Shown here one piece after another: positions 7,468 through 16,124 of a DNA stretch of 45,829 nucleotides. The stretch's first letter is position 1; every line of letters begins with the position of its first letter. The stretch is from Candidatus Gottesmanbacteria bacterium RIFCSPHIGHO2_02_FULL_39_14 (GTDB lineage Bacteria > Patescibacteriota > Microgenomatia > 2-02-FULL-39-11): assembly GCA_001779205.1 (NCBI GenBank), contig MFJM01000062.1, positions 1-45,829 of the forward strand, given 5' to 3'. The position numbers and the translations under genes are program-made. The notes under the pieces were generated by a model that saw only the letters and a list, made by a program, of their open reading frames with translations, did no database searches and was not told the origin of the DNA.

Positions 7468-7538
7468 GTCCCGCTGATCTTACCATTCGCCTTTTCAATT
7501 CTATTCGAATACGGCTCATGGTGCGATCTTAGCGGGAC
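7468..7538. other. 71-nt imperfect palindrome / structured element in the convergent spacer downstream of rpsI
   Basis: Nested complementary blocks: GTCCCGCT (7468..7475)/AGCGGGAC (7531..7538), GATC/GATC, ACCAT/ATGGT and GCC/GGC. The centre is the 10-nt palindrome TATTCGAATA. Confidence 0.45.
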
Positions 7539-7552
7539 TTCGGGCATTGATT

Positions 7553-8071
7553 TTATCTTTTTGGACTTTGTTTCTTTGCCCTCGCTTTTTGGGCTAAGCC
7601 GGCTTTTCTGCGTTCTTTGACTCGGGAGTCTCTAGTTAAAAAACCCTTTTTTCTTAAGATGGGACGAAATTTCTCCTCATCAACTTTGACCAAAGCACGG
7701 GAAATTCCATGAATTAGAGCGCCTAACTGGCCTTGTTTACCTCCTCCGGTAATTTTGGCGGTGACGGCAAAACGGCCGAGAGTATTGGTAGTTCTGAAAG
7801 GTTCAAGATAAATCTTCTGGTAAATTTCGCCAAAAAAATATTTCTCAATGGGAAGCGAATTGACTGATATTTCACCCGCTTTTATTTCCTGATTGCCAAT
7901 TTTAACCTTATCATCACCAGTGATATACAACTTTACCCGGGCACTTGATTCTTTGCGCCGGCCAACAGCGTAATAAAACTCGAGAGTTTTTGACTTTTTA
8001 TCAGCTTTTCCCGCCGCTTGCGGGATCCCGCTGAGGCGGGATTTTTCTTCTTTTTTTTCTTTTTTAGGCAT
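7553..8071 (-). CDS. rpsI: 30S ribosomal protein S9 (with Lys-rich N-terminal extension)
   Basis: 'GRRKESSARVKLY', 'GGGKQGQLGALIHGISRAL', 'LTRDSRVKERRK', C-terminal '...SPKR'. Confidence 0.95.
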   Translation of the reverse strand: MPKKEKKEEKSRLSGIPQAAGKADKKSKTLEFYYAVGRRKESSARVKLYITGDDKVKIGNQEIKAGEISVNSLPIEKYFFGEIYQKIYLEPFRTTNTLGRFAVTAKITGGGKQGQLGALIHGISRALVKVDEEKFRPILRKKGFLTRDSRVKERRKAGLAQKARAKKQSPKR

Positions 8072-8076
8072 ACTTT

Positions 8077-8505
8077 TTACGATGTCTGTGAAAACTTGCT
8101 CTGATATGGATGATTATCATCTGGGAAAATATAGAGTCTCCTTAACATGGAATCTCTGAGTTTATTTTTGGGAAGCATACCGGAAACGGCTTGTCTGATG
8201 ATTCTTTCCGGCTGATTTTTAATGACATCTTTATATAATTTTTCTTTTTGACCGCCAGGGAAGCCTGAGTAATGACGGTAAATCTTTTGCTCTTTCTTTT
8301 TGCCGGTAACAGCGATTTGGGAGGAATTGATGACAACGACATGATCACTGCAATCCAAATAAGGAACATAATAAGATTTAGATTTCCCGATCAGATGCCC
8401 GGCAATTTGAGTGGCTATTCTTCCTAATATTTTGCCTTTGACATCAATAAGATGCCACTGCCTGTTAATATCTTTTATACTGGTTGATTTAGTTGTTAAT
8501 TTCAT
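8077..8505 (-). CDS. rplM: 50S ribosomal protein L13
   Basis: 'WHLIDVKGKILGRIATQIA', 'DHVVVINSSQIAVTGKK', 'AVSGMLPKNKL'. Confidence 0.95.
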   Translation of the reverse strand: MKLTTKSTSIKDINRQWHLIDVKGKILGRIATQIAGHLIGKSKSYYVPYLDCSDHVVVINSSQIAVTGKKKEQKIYRHYSGFPGGQKEKLYKDVIKNQPERIIRQAVSGMLPKNKLRDSMLRRLYIFPDDNHPYQSKFSQTS

Positions 8506-8954
8506 TTTTTCTTTTCAGTTTTCACTTTTTTAGGCTTTTCTGCGTTTTTTTTATCAGTTGACTTGGCAGAAGCAGGTTTAAGGGGAGTTTGAGGAGCCGG
8601 AGGAGCAGTCCACTCCATCATTACTACTTCAGCGTTATCCCCTTGACGCTTGCCGATTCTCACCATCCTGATATAACCGCCGATTTTATCCTTAAATCGC
8701 GGTGCAATCTCATTAACCAGCTTTTTTACCGGTTCTTTTCTGGTAAGAAAAGAGGCTATCTGATTGACTTGTGAACGGGAACCATCCTTGGCTTTGGTAA
8801 CTAATTTCTCAATCAATGATTTAATAGCTTTGGCTTTAGCAAGGGTAGTTTTTATCCGGCCATAGATGATGAGGGAATTTATTAAATTCCTAAAGAGTGC
8901 TTTTCTCTCTTTAATATCGCGATTTAATTTTTTGCCGAAAACTCTATGTTTCAT
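8502..8954 (-). CDS. rplQ: 50S ribosomal protein L17 (Lys-rich C-terminal tail)
   Basis: 'MKHRVFGKKLNRDIKERKALFRNLINSLIIYGRIKTTLAKAK', 'GGYIRMVRIGKRQGDNAEV'. Confidence 0.95.
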   Translation of the reverse strand: MKHRVFGKKLNRDIKERKALFRNLINSLIIYGRIKTTLAKAKAIKSLIEKLVTKAKDGSRSQVNQIASFLTRKEPVKKLVNEIAPRFKDKIGGYIRMVRIGKRQGDNAEVVMMEWTAPPAPQTPLKPASAKSTDKKNAEKPKKVKTEKKK

Positions 8955-8962
8955 AAAATATG

Positions 8963-9880
8963 TCAGACTGTTAGGGCAATACCCTTCTTTCTCAAGACTT
9001 CTTCAATATAGGTAATTGATTTGGCCCCCAAATTTTTAATTTTATATAAATCTTTTTTAGGTGTTCCCAATAGTTGGCCTACCGTATCAATACCTCCATT
9101 ATGAAGGGCATTGACTATCCTTGTCTGTAAGTCTAATTCCTCCAAAGTCATCTTGAGAATTTCCTCAGAGATGGCGGGTGTTACCGCTACTGCTTCTGTG
9201 GATTTGGCTTTCGGTTCATAGATTTGAATAAAGAAGGAAACCAGAATTTTAGCTGCCTCTTTAATAGCAGAAAGTGCAGTGATTGTTCCATCTGTCCAAA
9301 CATCTAATATTAGTTTATCCAGATTAGTCATCCGGCCAACACGGGTTGCTTCAACCCGATAGTTTACCCTCGCAACAGGACTATAAAAAGCATCCAATAT
9401 AATAGTATTCAATTCTTTAGAACCTACGTATTCTTCAGAGGGAACATAACTGTAGCCCGGCTCAATTATTAATTCCATATTGAGTTTGACTTTACTGGAA
9501 GTAAGTTCTCCCAAATAAAGATCTTTATTAATAATTTCAGCTTCAGAAGAAACAATATCTTTAGCATAAATCTTAGCCGGACCTTTAATATTTAATTTGG
9601 CAGTAGTGAACTTATCAGATTGTAGTTTGACCCGAATTTTTTTAACGTTAAGAAGAAGTTGAATGACATCTTCTTTTAAACCGGAAATCGTGGAAAACTG
9701 GTGTTTTACTCCGTCAATCCGGACTTTAGTTATCGCGGCACCTTTGAGGGAAGTAAGCAGAACGCGTCTTAAACTAACTCCGAGAGTGTGACCATAGCCC
9801 TGCTCCAATGGTTCGAAAGAATACTCTCCATAGGTATCGGTATCGGATTCCTCTTTGATAGTAAATTTTGGTTCGACCAT
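8963..9880 (-). CDS. rpoA: DNA-directed RNA polymerase subunit alpha
   Basis: 'FEPLEQGYGHTLGVSLRRVLLTSL', 'YSPVARVNY'. The C-terminal domain shows 'LDLQTRIVNALHNGGIDTVGQL'. Canonical position between rpsD and rplQ. Confidence 0.95.
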   Translation of the reverse strand: MVEPKFTIKEESDTDTYGEYSFEPLEQGYGHTLGVSLRRVLLTSLKGAAITKVRIDGVKHQFSTISGLKEDVIQLLLNVKKIRVKLQSDKFTTAKLNIKGPAKIYAKDIVSSEAEIINKDLYLGELTSSKVKLNMELIIEPGYSYVPSEEYVGSKELNTIILDAFYSPVARVNYRVEATRVGRMTNLDKLILDVWTDGTITALSAIKEAAKILVSFFIQIYEPKAKSTEAVAVTPAISEEILKMTLEELDLQTRIVNALHNGGIDTVGQLLGTPKKDLYKIKNLGAKSITYIEEVLRKKGIALTV

Positions 9881-9904
9881 AAATAATTCCTCCTTTAAAT
9901 AATA

Positions 9905-10525
9905 TTAACGTGAATAGAATTCAATAATTAATTGTTCATTTATATTTTCTGCAATATCATCCCTTTTGGGAAGTTTAACAACTTTGCCGATAGGTCCACG
10001 TCTTGCTAACCAGGGGGAAATTTGAGGATCTTTTATTTCCAACATTTTTTTTACGTGAGGATTTTCCAGCATGTCCTGTTTAAAAGTGATTATCATACCC
10101 GGAATTACCAAAAATGAGGGGATATCTACTTTTCTGTTATCAACCATAATATGACCGTGAGTTATAAATTGACGGGCTGAGGATCTGGTAGGGGCAAGAT
10201 TTAAGCGGTAAATAACATTATCGAGACGTCTCTCTAAAAGAGCAAGAAGTGCCTCACCAGTATTTCTTTTATCGCTTGTGGCAGCTTGGAAATATTTTCT
10301 GAATTGTTTCTCAAGAACACCGTAGATTCTTTTGACTTTCTGCTTTTCCCGAAGCTGAATTCCATAATCCGATGGTTTTCTCTTTCTTTTCTGACCGTGT
10401 TGACCCGGAGTGATTTTTAATCTTTTTAAAAGCTGAGAATGTGATTTCCCGCCCGGTGTTTTTAAACCGAGATCCGCACCTTCACGTCTGGCTAATCTAT
10501 TTTTTGGTCCTGTATATCGCGCCAT
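9905..10525 (-). CDS. rpsD: 30S ribosomal protein S4
   Basis: '[16 protein letters not shown]', '[13 protein letters not shown]', S4 domain '[16 protein letters not shown]'. Start trimmed to ATG 10525, which has an upstream GGAG; the longer track ORF overlaps rpsK. Confidence 0.95.
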   Translation of the reverse strand: MARYTGPKNRLARREGADLGLKTPGGKSHSQLLKRLKITPGQHGQKRKRKPSDYGIQLREKQKVKRIYGVLEKQFRKYFQAATSDKRNTGEALLALLERRLDNVIYRLNLAPTRSSARQFITHGHIMVDNRKVDIPSFLVIPGMIITFKQDMLENPHVKKMLEIKDPQISPWLARRGPIGKVVKLPKRDDIAENINEQLIIEFYSR

Positions 10526-10526
10526 T

Positions 10527-10895
10527 TTATACTCTCCTTTTCTTTTTTGGCCGGACACCGTTATGAGGCATGGGAGTGACGTCGGCAATCATGGTAATTG
10601 AAAGACCGGCGCTTTTTAGCGCCCTTAAGGCCGCATCCCGACCGGCTCCAGGTCCCTTAATAAAAACATCAACACTTCTTAAATTATTTTTCATCATGAC
10701 TTTCTTGGCTACTTGATCTACTGCTGAAGTAGCTGCAAATGGCGTCGATTTGCGGGTGCCCTTAAAACCGACGCTGCCTGAAGTTCCCCAACCAAGGGTA
10801 TTACCAACCTCATCAGTGATAGTTACTATAGTGTTATTAAAAGTAGCAGTTATGTAAACTCTACCTTTTTCGGATACTTTAGCTCTACTTTTCAT
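10527..10895 (-). CDS. rpsK: 30S ribosomal protein S11
   Basis: '[11 protein letters not shown]', '[13 protein letters not shown]', '[18 protein letters not shown]'. Confidence 0.95.
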   Translation of the reverse strand: MKSRAKVSEKGRVYITATFNNTIVTITDEVGNTLGWGTSGSVGFKGTRKSTPFAATSAVDQVAKKVMMKNNLRSVDVFIKGPGAGRDAALRALKSAGLSITMIADVTPMPHNGVRPKKKRRV

Positions 10896-11308
10896 TTGGT
10901 TTCCTTCCGAGGAGCAGACTCTCCCAACTTGGCTCTGGTTTCCTTTCTTAAAGCGCCAACTGTTTGTCTTTTACCTCTTTTGGTACGGGCATTGGTACGG
11001 GTTCTTTGGCCTCGTACAGGCAGGCCTTTAATATGTCTTAAACCGCGGTAGCTGCCTATTTCCTTAAGCCTTTTAATATTTTCCATAACCTCGGCGCGAA
11101 GATTGCCCTCTGTTTTAAATCCTTTGTCGAGGGCCTTCTGGATACGGTTTATTTGTTCTTCGTTCAATTTTTCTACCCTTGTACTTGCTTCTATTTGAGC
11201 ATTTTTGAGAAGTCGATACACATTGCTGCGACCTATTCCATAAATATAAGTTAAAGCAATGTCCAGTCTTTTATTATTTGGTAAATCAATTCCAGAAATT
11301 CTAGCCAT
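10892..11308 (-). CDS. rpsM: 30S ribosomal protein S13
   Basis: '[14 protein letters not shown]', 'YIYGIGRS', '[26 protein letters not shown]'. Confidence 0.95.
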   Translation of the reverse strand: MARISGIDLPNNKRLDIALTYIYGIGRSNVYRLLKNAQIEASTRVEKLNEEQINRIQKALDKGFKTEGNLRAEVMENIKRLKEIGSYRGLRHIKGLPVRGQRTRTNARTKRGKRQTVGALRKETRAKLGESAPRKETK

Positions 11309-11310
11309 AA

Positions 11311-11424
11311 TTATCCCTGACGCTGTTTGTGTTTCGGGTTTTCACAAACAACATAAACTTTACCACGTCTGACGACAATCTTACATTTTTTACATCTTTT
11401 TTCGACTGATGAATGGACTTTCAT
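11311..11424 (-). CDS. rpmJ: 50S ribosomal protein L36 (zinc-binding form); not in the supplied ORF track
   Basis: Hand translation of the minus strand gives [37 protein letters not shown]. The motif is C-x2-C-x12-C-x4-H. The ATG overlaps the infA stop (ATGA). Confidence 0.9.
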   Translation of the reverse strand: MKVHSSVEKRCKKCKIVVRRGKVYVVCENPKHKQRQG

Positions 11425-11639
11425 TTTAATCTATAAGTAATCCTGCCTTTGGTTTGATCATAAGGTGTTAACTCGACTTTAACTGAATCTCCAGGCATAA
11501 TTTTAATATAATTTATTCTCATTTTACCGGACAGATGACAGAGAATCAGACGTCCGTCATTAAGCTTCACCCTAAATAATGTATTAGGTAAGGCTTCGAC
11601 TACCATGCCGACTGCTTCAGTTGTCCCCTGATGGGCCAT
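11421..11639 (-). CDS. infA: Translation initiation factor IF-1
   Basis: '[49 protein letters not shown]'. Ends in TGA. Confidence 0.95.
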   Translation of the reverse strand: MAHQGTTEAVGMVVEALPNTLFRVKLNDGRLILCHLSGKMRINYIKIMPGDSVKVELTPYDQTKGRITYRLK

Positions 11640-12408
11640 ATTTTTTGGTCAAAAGAATAACCCCGCGGTCAGATAAGGCCACGGTTGTCTCAAAGAGTCC
11701 TGATATTTTACCATCCTTGGTTTGAATTGTCCATCCATCTCCCTTATAAATGACCTCAGGACTACCTAAATTATAAATTACTTCGATAGCCATAGTAAGA
11801 CCCGGAGTTATTATGAGTGTTTTTTCCCTGGAGTTTGATACAAAACCGGGAATTTCCGGATCTTCGTGTAAGTGTTTACCAATACCATGTCCGATCAGAC
11901 TTCTGACAACCGAAAAACCTGCGTCTTCAACTGTAGTTTGGATGGCTTCGGAAACATCGTAAATATAATTACCAGGAAGAACTTGTTCAATAGCTTTATC
12001 TAAAGCCAGTCTGCCAACGGTTAAAAATTTATCAACTGCATTATTTTTTTCAGATTTATCATCCTTGATTCTGACTGTCCAGGAACTATCTGTATGAAAT
12101 CCGCGGTAGTAAACTCCCAGATCAATTCCGATGACATCATTTCCCTTAGCTATATAATTGTCCGGAATACCGTGGACAACAATATTATTAACACAAGTAC
12201 AAATAGCCCACTTGTAACCCGAAACCATTTTAAAAGAAGGTTTAGCACCGTATTTTTCTATTTCTTTTTCAGCTAAAGCATTAAGCTCCAGCATGCTGAC
12301 ACCTATACCCAGCGTATGCAGCAGAGTTTCCATAACCCTATTTAAGATCTGACCACTTTCTTTCATAATTTCGATTTCTTTCTCGGTTTTTATATTTAAA
12401 CCTGGCAT
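11617..12408 (-). CDS. map: Methionine aminopeptidase, type I
   Basis: '[14 protein letters not shown]', 'VVHGIP', '[19 protein letters not shown]', '[15 protein letters not shown]', 'MAIEVI'. These give the metal-ligand pattern D, D, H, E, E. Confidence 0.95.
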   Translation of the reverse strand: MPGLNIKTEKEIEIMKESGQILNRVMETLLHTLGIGVSMLELNALAEKEIEKYGAKPSFKMVSGYKWAICTCVNNIVVHGIPDNYIAKGNDVIGIDLGVYYRGFHTDSSWTVRIKDDKSEKNNAVDKFLTVGRLALDKAIEQVLPGNYIYDVSEAIQTTVEDAGFSVVRSLIGHGIGKHLHEDPEIPGFVSNSREKTLIITPGLTMAIEVIYNLGSPEVIYKGDGWTIQTKDGKISGLFETTVALSDRGVILLTKKYGPSGDN

Positions 12409-12947
12409 TGTTTACAAATTATTGATAAATCATGAATAAAATTCTGGATATCTGTATTATTTATAACAACGAAATCAGCCAACTGTTTGAGACGGGGAAG
12501 GTTTAACTTTTCTATCTCGTATTTTTCCCTATGTTCAATTTCTGATAAAGTTAAAGTTCGAGGTAATCTATTCATAAGCCTCTTAATTCTTTTCTTTCTA
12601 TCGGATTGAAGATAGATAATCTTTACTTTTTTCAAATTTTTTTGGAAAAATTGCCATTCTTGACAGCTTCTCATCCCTTCAATGATTACCAAATCATGAG
12701 TTTTTAATAGATATTTGACCTTATCTATAATGCTCCGGGCATAAATATCCTGGCCCAAGTTTTGCCTTAATTTTTCTCTAACCTGGTGTTCGTTTTTCTC
12801 CGATGGCGACAGTTTATTTATTTTAAGATGTTTATGAGTTAAATCTCCCATTCTGACGACTGGAAATTTATTATTAATAAAAAATTGCGCTGCTCGCGTT
12901 TTACCTGTGCCTGGCAATCCAACCAGTACAGCCACACTTTTTACCAT
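12396..12947 (-). CDS. Extra P-loop nucleotide/nucleoside-monophosphate kinase-like protein
   Basis: Walker A 'GLPGTGKT' at residues 10-17, 'VVRMGDL', 'VIIEGMRS', and 'RIKRLMNR...REKYE' in a lid-like region. 183 aa. Translationally coupled to adk (TAATG overlap) and to map (13-nt overlap). Confidence 0.65.
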   Translation of the reverse strand: MVKSVAVLVGLPGTGKTRAAQFFINNKFPVVRMGDLTHKHLKINKLSPSEKNEHQVREKLRQNLGQDIYARSIIDKVKYLLKTHDLVIIEGMRSCQEWQFFQKNLKKVKIIYLQSDRKKRIKRLMNRLPRTLTLSEIEHREKYEIEKLNLPRLKQLADFVVINNTDIQNFIHDLSIICKQCQV

Positions 12948-13531
12948 TAAATATTAAGGTTTAATTTTGCCAATATATCCTGAAATACCATTTCGACTGA
13001 TTGTTCACCGTTAATTTCAGCCAAAAGACCCTTTTTTTGGAAAAATTCGACCAACTCATGTTCCATTTGATGATAAGTCCTTAATCGTTGATTTATTCGT
13101 TCCGGTGTGTCGTGAGAAATACTACTACCTTCATAAACTTTACGATTTCTTTTTAATAACCTAGACCTGGACTGGCGATCGGATAATTTAAGGTAAATAA
13201 ATTTATCCAAACAATAATTCAATTTAGATATTACACTCTCTAAAAATTGCGCCTGATGTATATTTCTGGGAAAGCCGTCGAGAATAAAACCTTTTTGACT
13301 CTCAGAGGATTCCAATTTCTCCCGCCAGAGCTTAAACATGACATAATCAGGAACGTATTGACCGGTTTCAAGAGCCTTCCGGCAAATCTTTCCTTCTACT
13401 GTGTGATTCTTTTTGGCTTTTGCCCTAACTAAATCACCTGATGTTATCACCGGCAGATTTAATTTGGCTTTGAGAAGATTGGCCTGGGTACCTTTACCGG
13501 AACCTTCGGGACCATAGATAATCAGATACAT
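12947..13531 (-). CDS. adk: Adenylate kinase
   Basis: 'MYLIIYGPEGSGKGTQANLL', 'ITSGDLVR', 'GFILDGFPRNIHQAQ'. Start trimmed to ATG 13531, just after the secY stop. Confidence 0.9.
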   Translation of the reverse strand: MYLIIYGPEGSGKGTQANLLKAKLNLPVITSGDLVRAKAKKNHTVEGKICRKALETGQYVPDYVMFKLWREKLESSESQKGFILDGFPRNIHQAQFLESVISKLNYCLDKFIYLKLSDRQSRSRLLKRNRKVYEGSSISHDTPERINQRLRTYHQMEHELVEFFQKKGLLAEINGEQSVEMVFQDILAKLNLNI

Positions 13532-13532
13532 T

Positions 13533-14819
13533 CTATTTAAGGAATCCTTCGTAATTGCGCATAACCAATTGAGCTTCGATCTGTTTGACCGTCTCAAGAA
13601 CAACCGAGACTACTATTAATATAGAAGTGCCGCCTATAGTCAGAGCGGAGATTCCGGTTGCAAGCCTAGCTAGGGCAGGAAGGATGGCCACTAATCCCAA
13701 GAACAGAGCACCGGCTAAGGTAATTCGAGTAAGAATATAATTCAGATAATTGGCTGTGGGAGTACCCGGTCTAATACCCGGGATAAAACCGCCATATTTT
13801 TGGATTTCTCCTGAAATTTTTTGCGGGTTAAAAGTTATGGCTGTATAAAAATAAGTAAAACCGATGACTAATAAGAAATAAGTAACATTATAAATAACTC
13901 CATTTGAAGAAAAAAGAGAAGCCATACCGTTGGCAAAACCGGCTAAAGCTTTATTAGGAATCTGGGCCAGAAACTGCCCGGCTAATTGGGGAATAAGAAC
14001 AATAGAAACAGCAAAGATTATGGGAATAACTCCGGCCTGATTTAATCTTAAAGGCAGATAGGTTGTGGATCCGCCATAGAGTTTATTGCCTCGGACTCTC
14101 TTGGCATAAGTTACCGGAACCTGGCGGACAGCTTCATTAATAAAGACAATTCCGGCGATAACCAGAAGACTGATGAGGATAAAAATGCCGATATTAGCTA
14201 TCAATTCCTGGGTAACTAAGGACAAAGTCTGACCGAAAAAGACCGGCAGGCGGCCAACTATTCCAGCGAAAATTAGTATGGATATACCGTTACCTATTCC
14301 GAACTCGGAAATAAGTTCACCAAGCCACATGAGAAAGACCGTCCCGGCAGCCATGGTAGTAATCAGGGAGATTAATACCATGGGTGAGAGAGTTTCAATA
14401 ATACCCTGGTTTCTTAAAAGGGCATACATACCAAGAGCCTGAAGAACGCTCAACGGTACTGTTAAAAAGCGGGTATACTGATTGATTTTTTCCCGACCGT
14501 ATTCCCCTTCTTTCTGTAATTCTTCAAGGCGCGGAAAAACGATAGTTAACAATTGAAGAATTATTGAGGCATTTATATAAGGATTAAGACCAATAGCCAT
14601 GACAGAAAAATTGGCCAAGGTTCCGCCTGAAAAAATATCCAACAAGCCTAAAAATTCACTTTGAGCAAAAAGAGTCTTTAATTTATCAATATTAACTCCG
14701 GGAACCGGAATATGGGCAAAAATCCTAAAGACGAGGAAGATAAATGCCGTAAAAAGAATTTTTTTTCGTAACTCCGGAGTTTTGAAAGCAAGCGTGATCG
14801 GACGTAAATATTTTTCCAT
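13533..14819 (-). CDS. secY: Preprotein translocase subunit SecY
   Basis: 428 aa and multi-TM. '[27 protein letters not shown]', '[23 protein letters not shown]', '[13 protein letters not shown]'. Canonical position after rplO. Confidence 0.95.
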   Translation of the reverse strand: MEKYLRPITLAFKTPELRKKILFTAFIFLVFRIFAHIPVPGVNIDKLKTLFAQSEFLGLLDIFSGGTLANFSVMAIGLNPYINASIILQLLTIVFPRLEELQKEGEYGREKINQYTRFLTVPLSVLQALGMYALLRNQGIIETLSPMVLISLITTMAAGTVFLMWLGELISEFGIGNGISILIFAGIVGRLPVFFGQTLSLVTQELIANIGIFILISLLVIAGIVFINEAVRQVPVTYAKRVRGNKLYGGSTTYLPLRLNQAGVIPIIFAVSIVLIPQLAGQFLAQIPNKALAGFANGMASLFSSNGVIYNVTYFLLVIGFTYFYTAITFNPQKISGEIQKYGGFIPGIRPGTPTANYLNYILTRITLAGALFLGLVAILPALARLATGISALTIGGTSILIVVSVVLETVKQIEAQLVMRNYEGFLK

Positions 14820-14828
14820 AAATTTATT

Positions 14829-15290
14829 TTACCCCGAACGTTCGGGGTTTACTTCAACTTTACCTCCGGCTTTTTCTATTTTTTTAGAGGCGTTTTTGGA
14901 GGTTGGTAATTTAACTATCAAAGGTATTTTGAGAGAGCCTTCCCCCAATATTTTAATGCCGAAGGCTTGCGCTTGATCTTTTTTAACCAGACGTTTCTTA
15001 ACGAGAAAATCCAAATCAATAACAGTATTTTCAGTTAAATCCGCCAGATCTTTAATGTTAATCACTAAGGGTTTACTGCTTATTCTTTTATGGCGTCCTT
15101 TTCCTCGGAACAAGGGAAGTCTTTTGACGAAAGAGACTCCGGCTAATTTTATCGAGGTAGAAATTTTCTCCCTAGATTTCTGTCCTTTGGTACCCCGGCC
15201 TGCTGTTTTTCCCTTACCTGAACCATGACCCTGACCCAATCTTTTTTTCCTGTTCTCTTTTATTTTAGGTAATTTTGACAAGTCAGCCAT
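14829..15290 (-). CDS. rplO: 50S ribosomal protein L15
   Basis: 'RLGQGHGSGKGKTAGRGTKGQKSR'. Position between rpsE and secY. Confidence 0.9.
   Translation of the reverse strand: MADLSKLPKIKENRKKRLGQGHGSGKGKTAGRGTKGQKSREKISTSIKLAGVSFVKRLPLFRGKGRHKRISSKPLVINIKDLADLTENTVIDLDFLVKKRLVKKDQAQAFGIKILGEGSLKIPLIVKLPTSKNASKKIEKAGGKVEVNPERSG
14831..14848 (-). promoter_or_regulatory. GC-rich hairpin spanning the last rplO codons, 12 nt upstream of the secY start
   Basis: ACCCCGAACGTTCGGGGT is a perfect 18-nt palindrome (7-bp stem with a 4-nt loop). It encodes the L15 C-terminus '...NPERSG*'. The only purine-rich SD-like run before secY (GGGG) lies inside the stem. Confidence 0.45.
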
Positions 15291-15762
15291 GTTGTTTTAT
15301 TTTTTCAGCCAAAGGCTGATCGGTTTTTAACCGAAACTTTTGTAAAGCGGTAAAAGTCGCATAAACATTAGAGGCTCGGTTATCGGTACCTAAAATTTTG
15401 GAAACAATATTCCTGATACCGGCAGCTTCCACAACTGCCCTGACACTGCCTCCTGCCCTGATGCCTGTACCAGGGGGAGCTGGCTTAAGAAGCACTTGGG
15501 CAGCACCCTGTTTCATTCGTATTTCATGCGGAATGGTGGAGTTAACAATGGGTACATTAATCAGATGTTTTCTGGCGTAGGTGGAAGCTTTTCTGATAGC
15601 ACTAGTGACATCAGCAGCTTTCCCTAAACCAACACCGACTTTACCTTTTTTATCGCCGACAACGACCAAAATGGAAAAGCCTATTTTATTTCCTCCGGCC
15701 GTTTTTTTCGATACCCGGTTAACTTGAATTACCTTTTCGATAAATTCGCTATCCGTAATCAT
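15283..15762 (-). CDS. rpsE: 30S ribosomal protein S5
   Basis: 'VIQVNRVSKKTAGGNKIGFSILVVVGDKKGKVGVGLGKA', 'PAPPGTGIRAGGSVRAVVEAAGI'. Confidence 0.95.
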   Translation of the reverse strand: MITDSEFIEKVIQVNRVSKKTAGGNKIGFSILVVVGDKKGKVGVGLGKAADVTSAIRKASTYARKHLINVPIVNSTIPHEIRMKQGAAQVLLKPAPPGTGIRAGGSVRAVVEAAGIRNIVSKILGTDNRASNVYATFTALQKFRLKTDQPLAEKIKQHG

Positions 15763-16115
15763 ATTTTTAAACCAGACTCCCTGGCACCTTCGGCAAGTGT
15801 TTTTATCTGGCCGTGATATTTAAACTTACCGCGATCAAAAATGACAGTCTTAATTTTATCTTTAATGGCTCTTTCAGCCAATAATTGACCTACAATCTTG
15901 GCAATTTGGCACTTAGTAGATTTCAGCTTGTCCTTTGTTAATTTCTGTGAATTAACTGTAACAAGAGTTTTGCCTTTATCATCATCAATTAATTGTGCAT
16001 ATATAAACCGATTAGACCTAAAAACCGACAGGCGAGGACGGGTTAGGGATCCCCTGTTTCCCTTAACCAAAATGGTTTTTTTCTTATTTTTTTGTAAGAT
16101 ATGTTTAGGTATCAT
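15759..16115 (-). CDS. rplR: 50S ribosomal protein L18
   Basis: 'RPRLSVFRSNRFIYAQLIDD', 'VIFDRGKFKYHGQIKTLAEGARESGLKI'. Confidence 0.95.
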   Translation of the reverse strand: MIPKHILQKNKKKTILVKGNRGSLTRPRLSVFRSNRFIYAQLIDDDKGKTLVTVNSQKLTKDKLKSTKCQIAKIVGQLLAERAIKDKIKTVIFDRGKFKYHGQIKTLAEGARESGLKI

Positions 16116-16124
16116 AAGATATTT

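Noticed and set aside
7500-7515. TTCGAAT motif resembling a tRNA T-loop
   Set aside because: The five bases on either side are not complementary on either strand, and no acceptor, D or anticodon arms could be built. It is not a tRNA; it is the centre of the 71-nt palindrome.
7157-7620. ORFs 7157..7519 (-) and 7402..7620 (+)
   Set aside because: They run antisense to, or across, the 279-aa gene, the terminator and the rpsI 3' end. Their composition is low-complexity Leu/Ser/Phe, typical of off-frame AT-rich sequence. The region is better explained by RNA structure.
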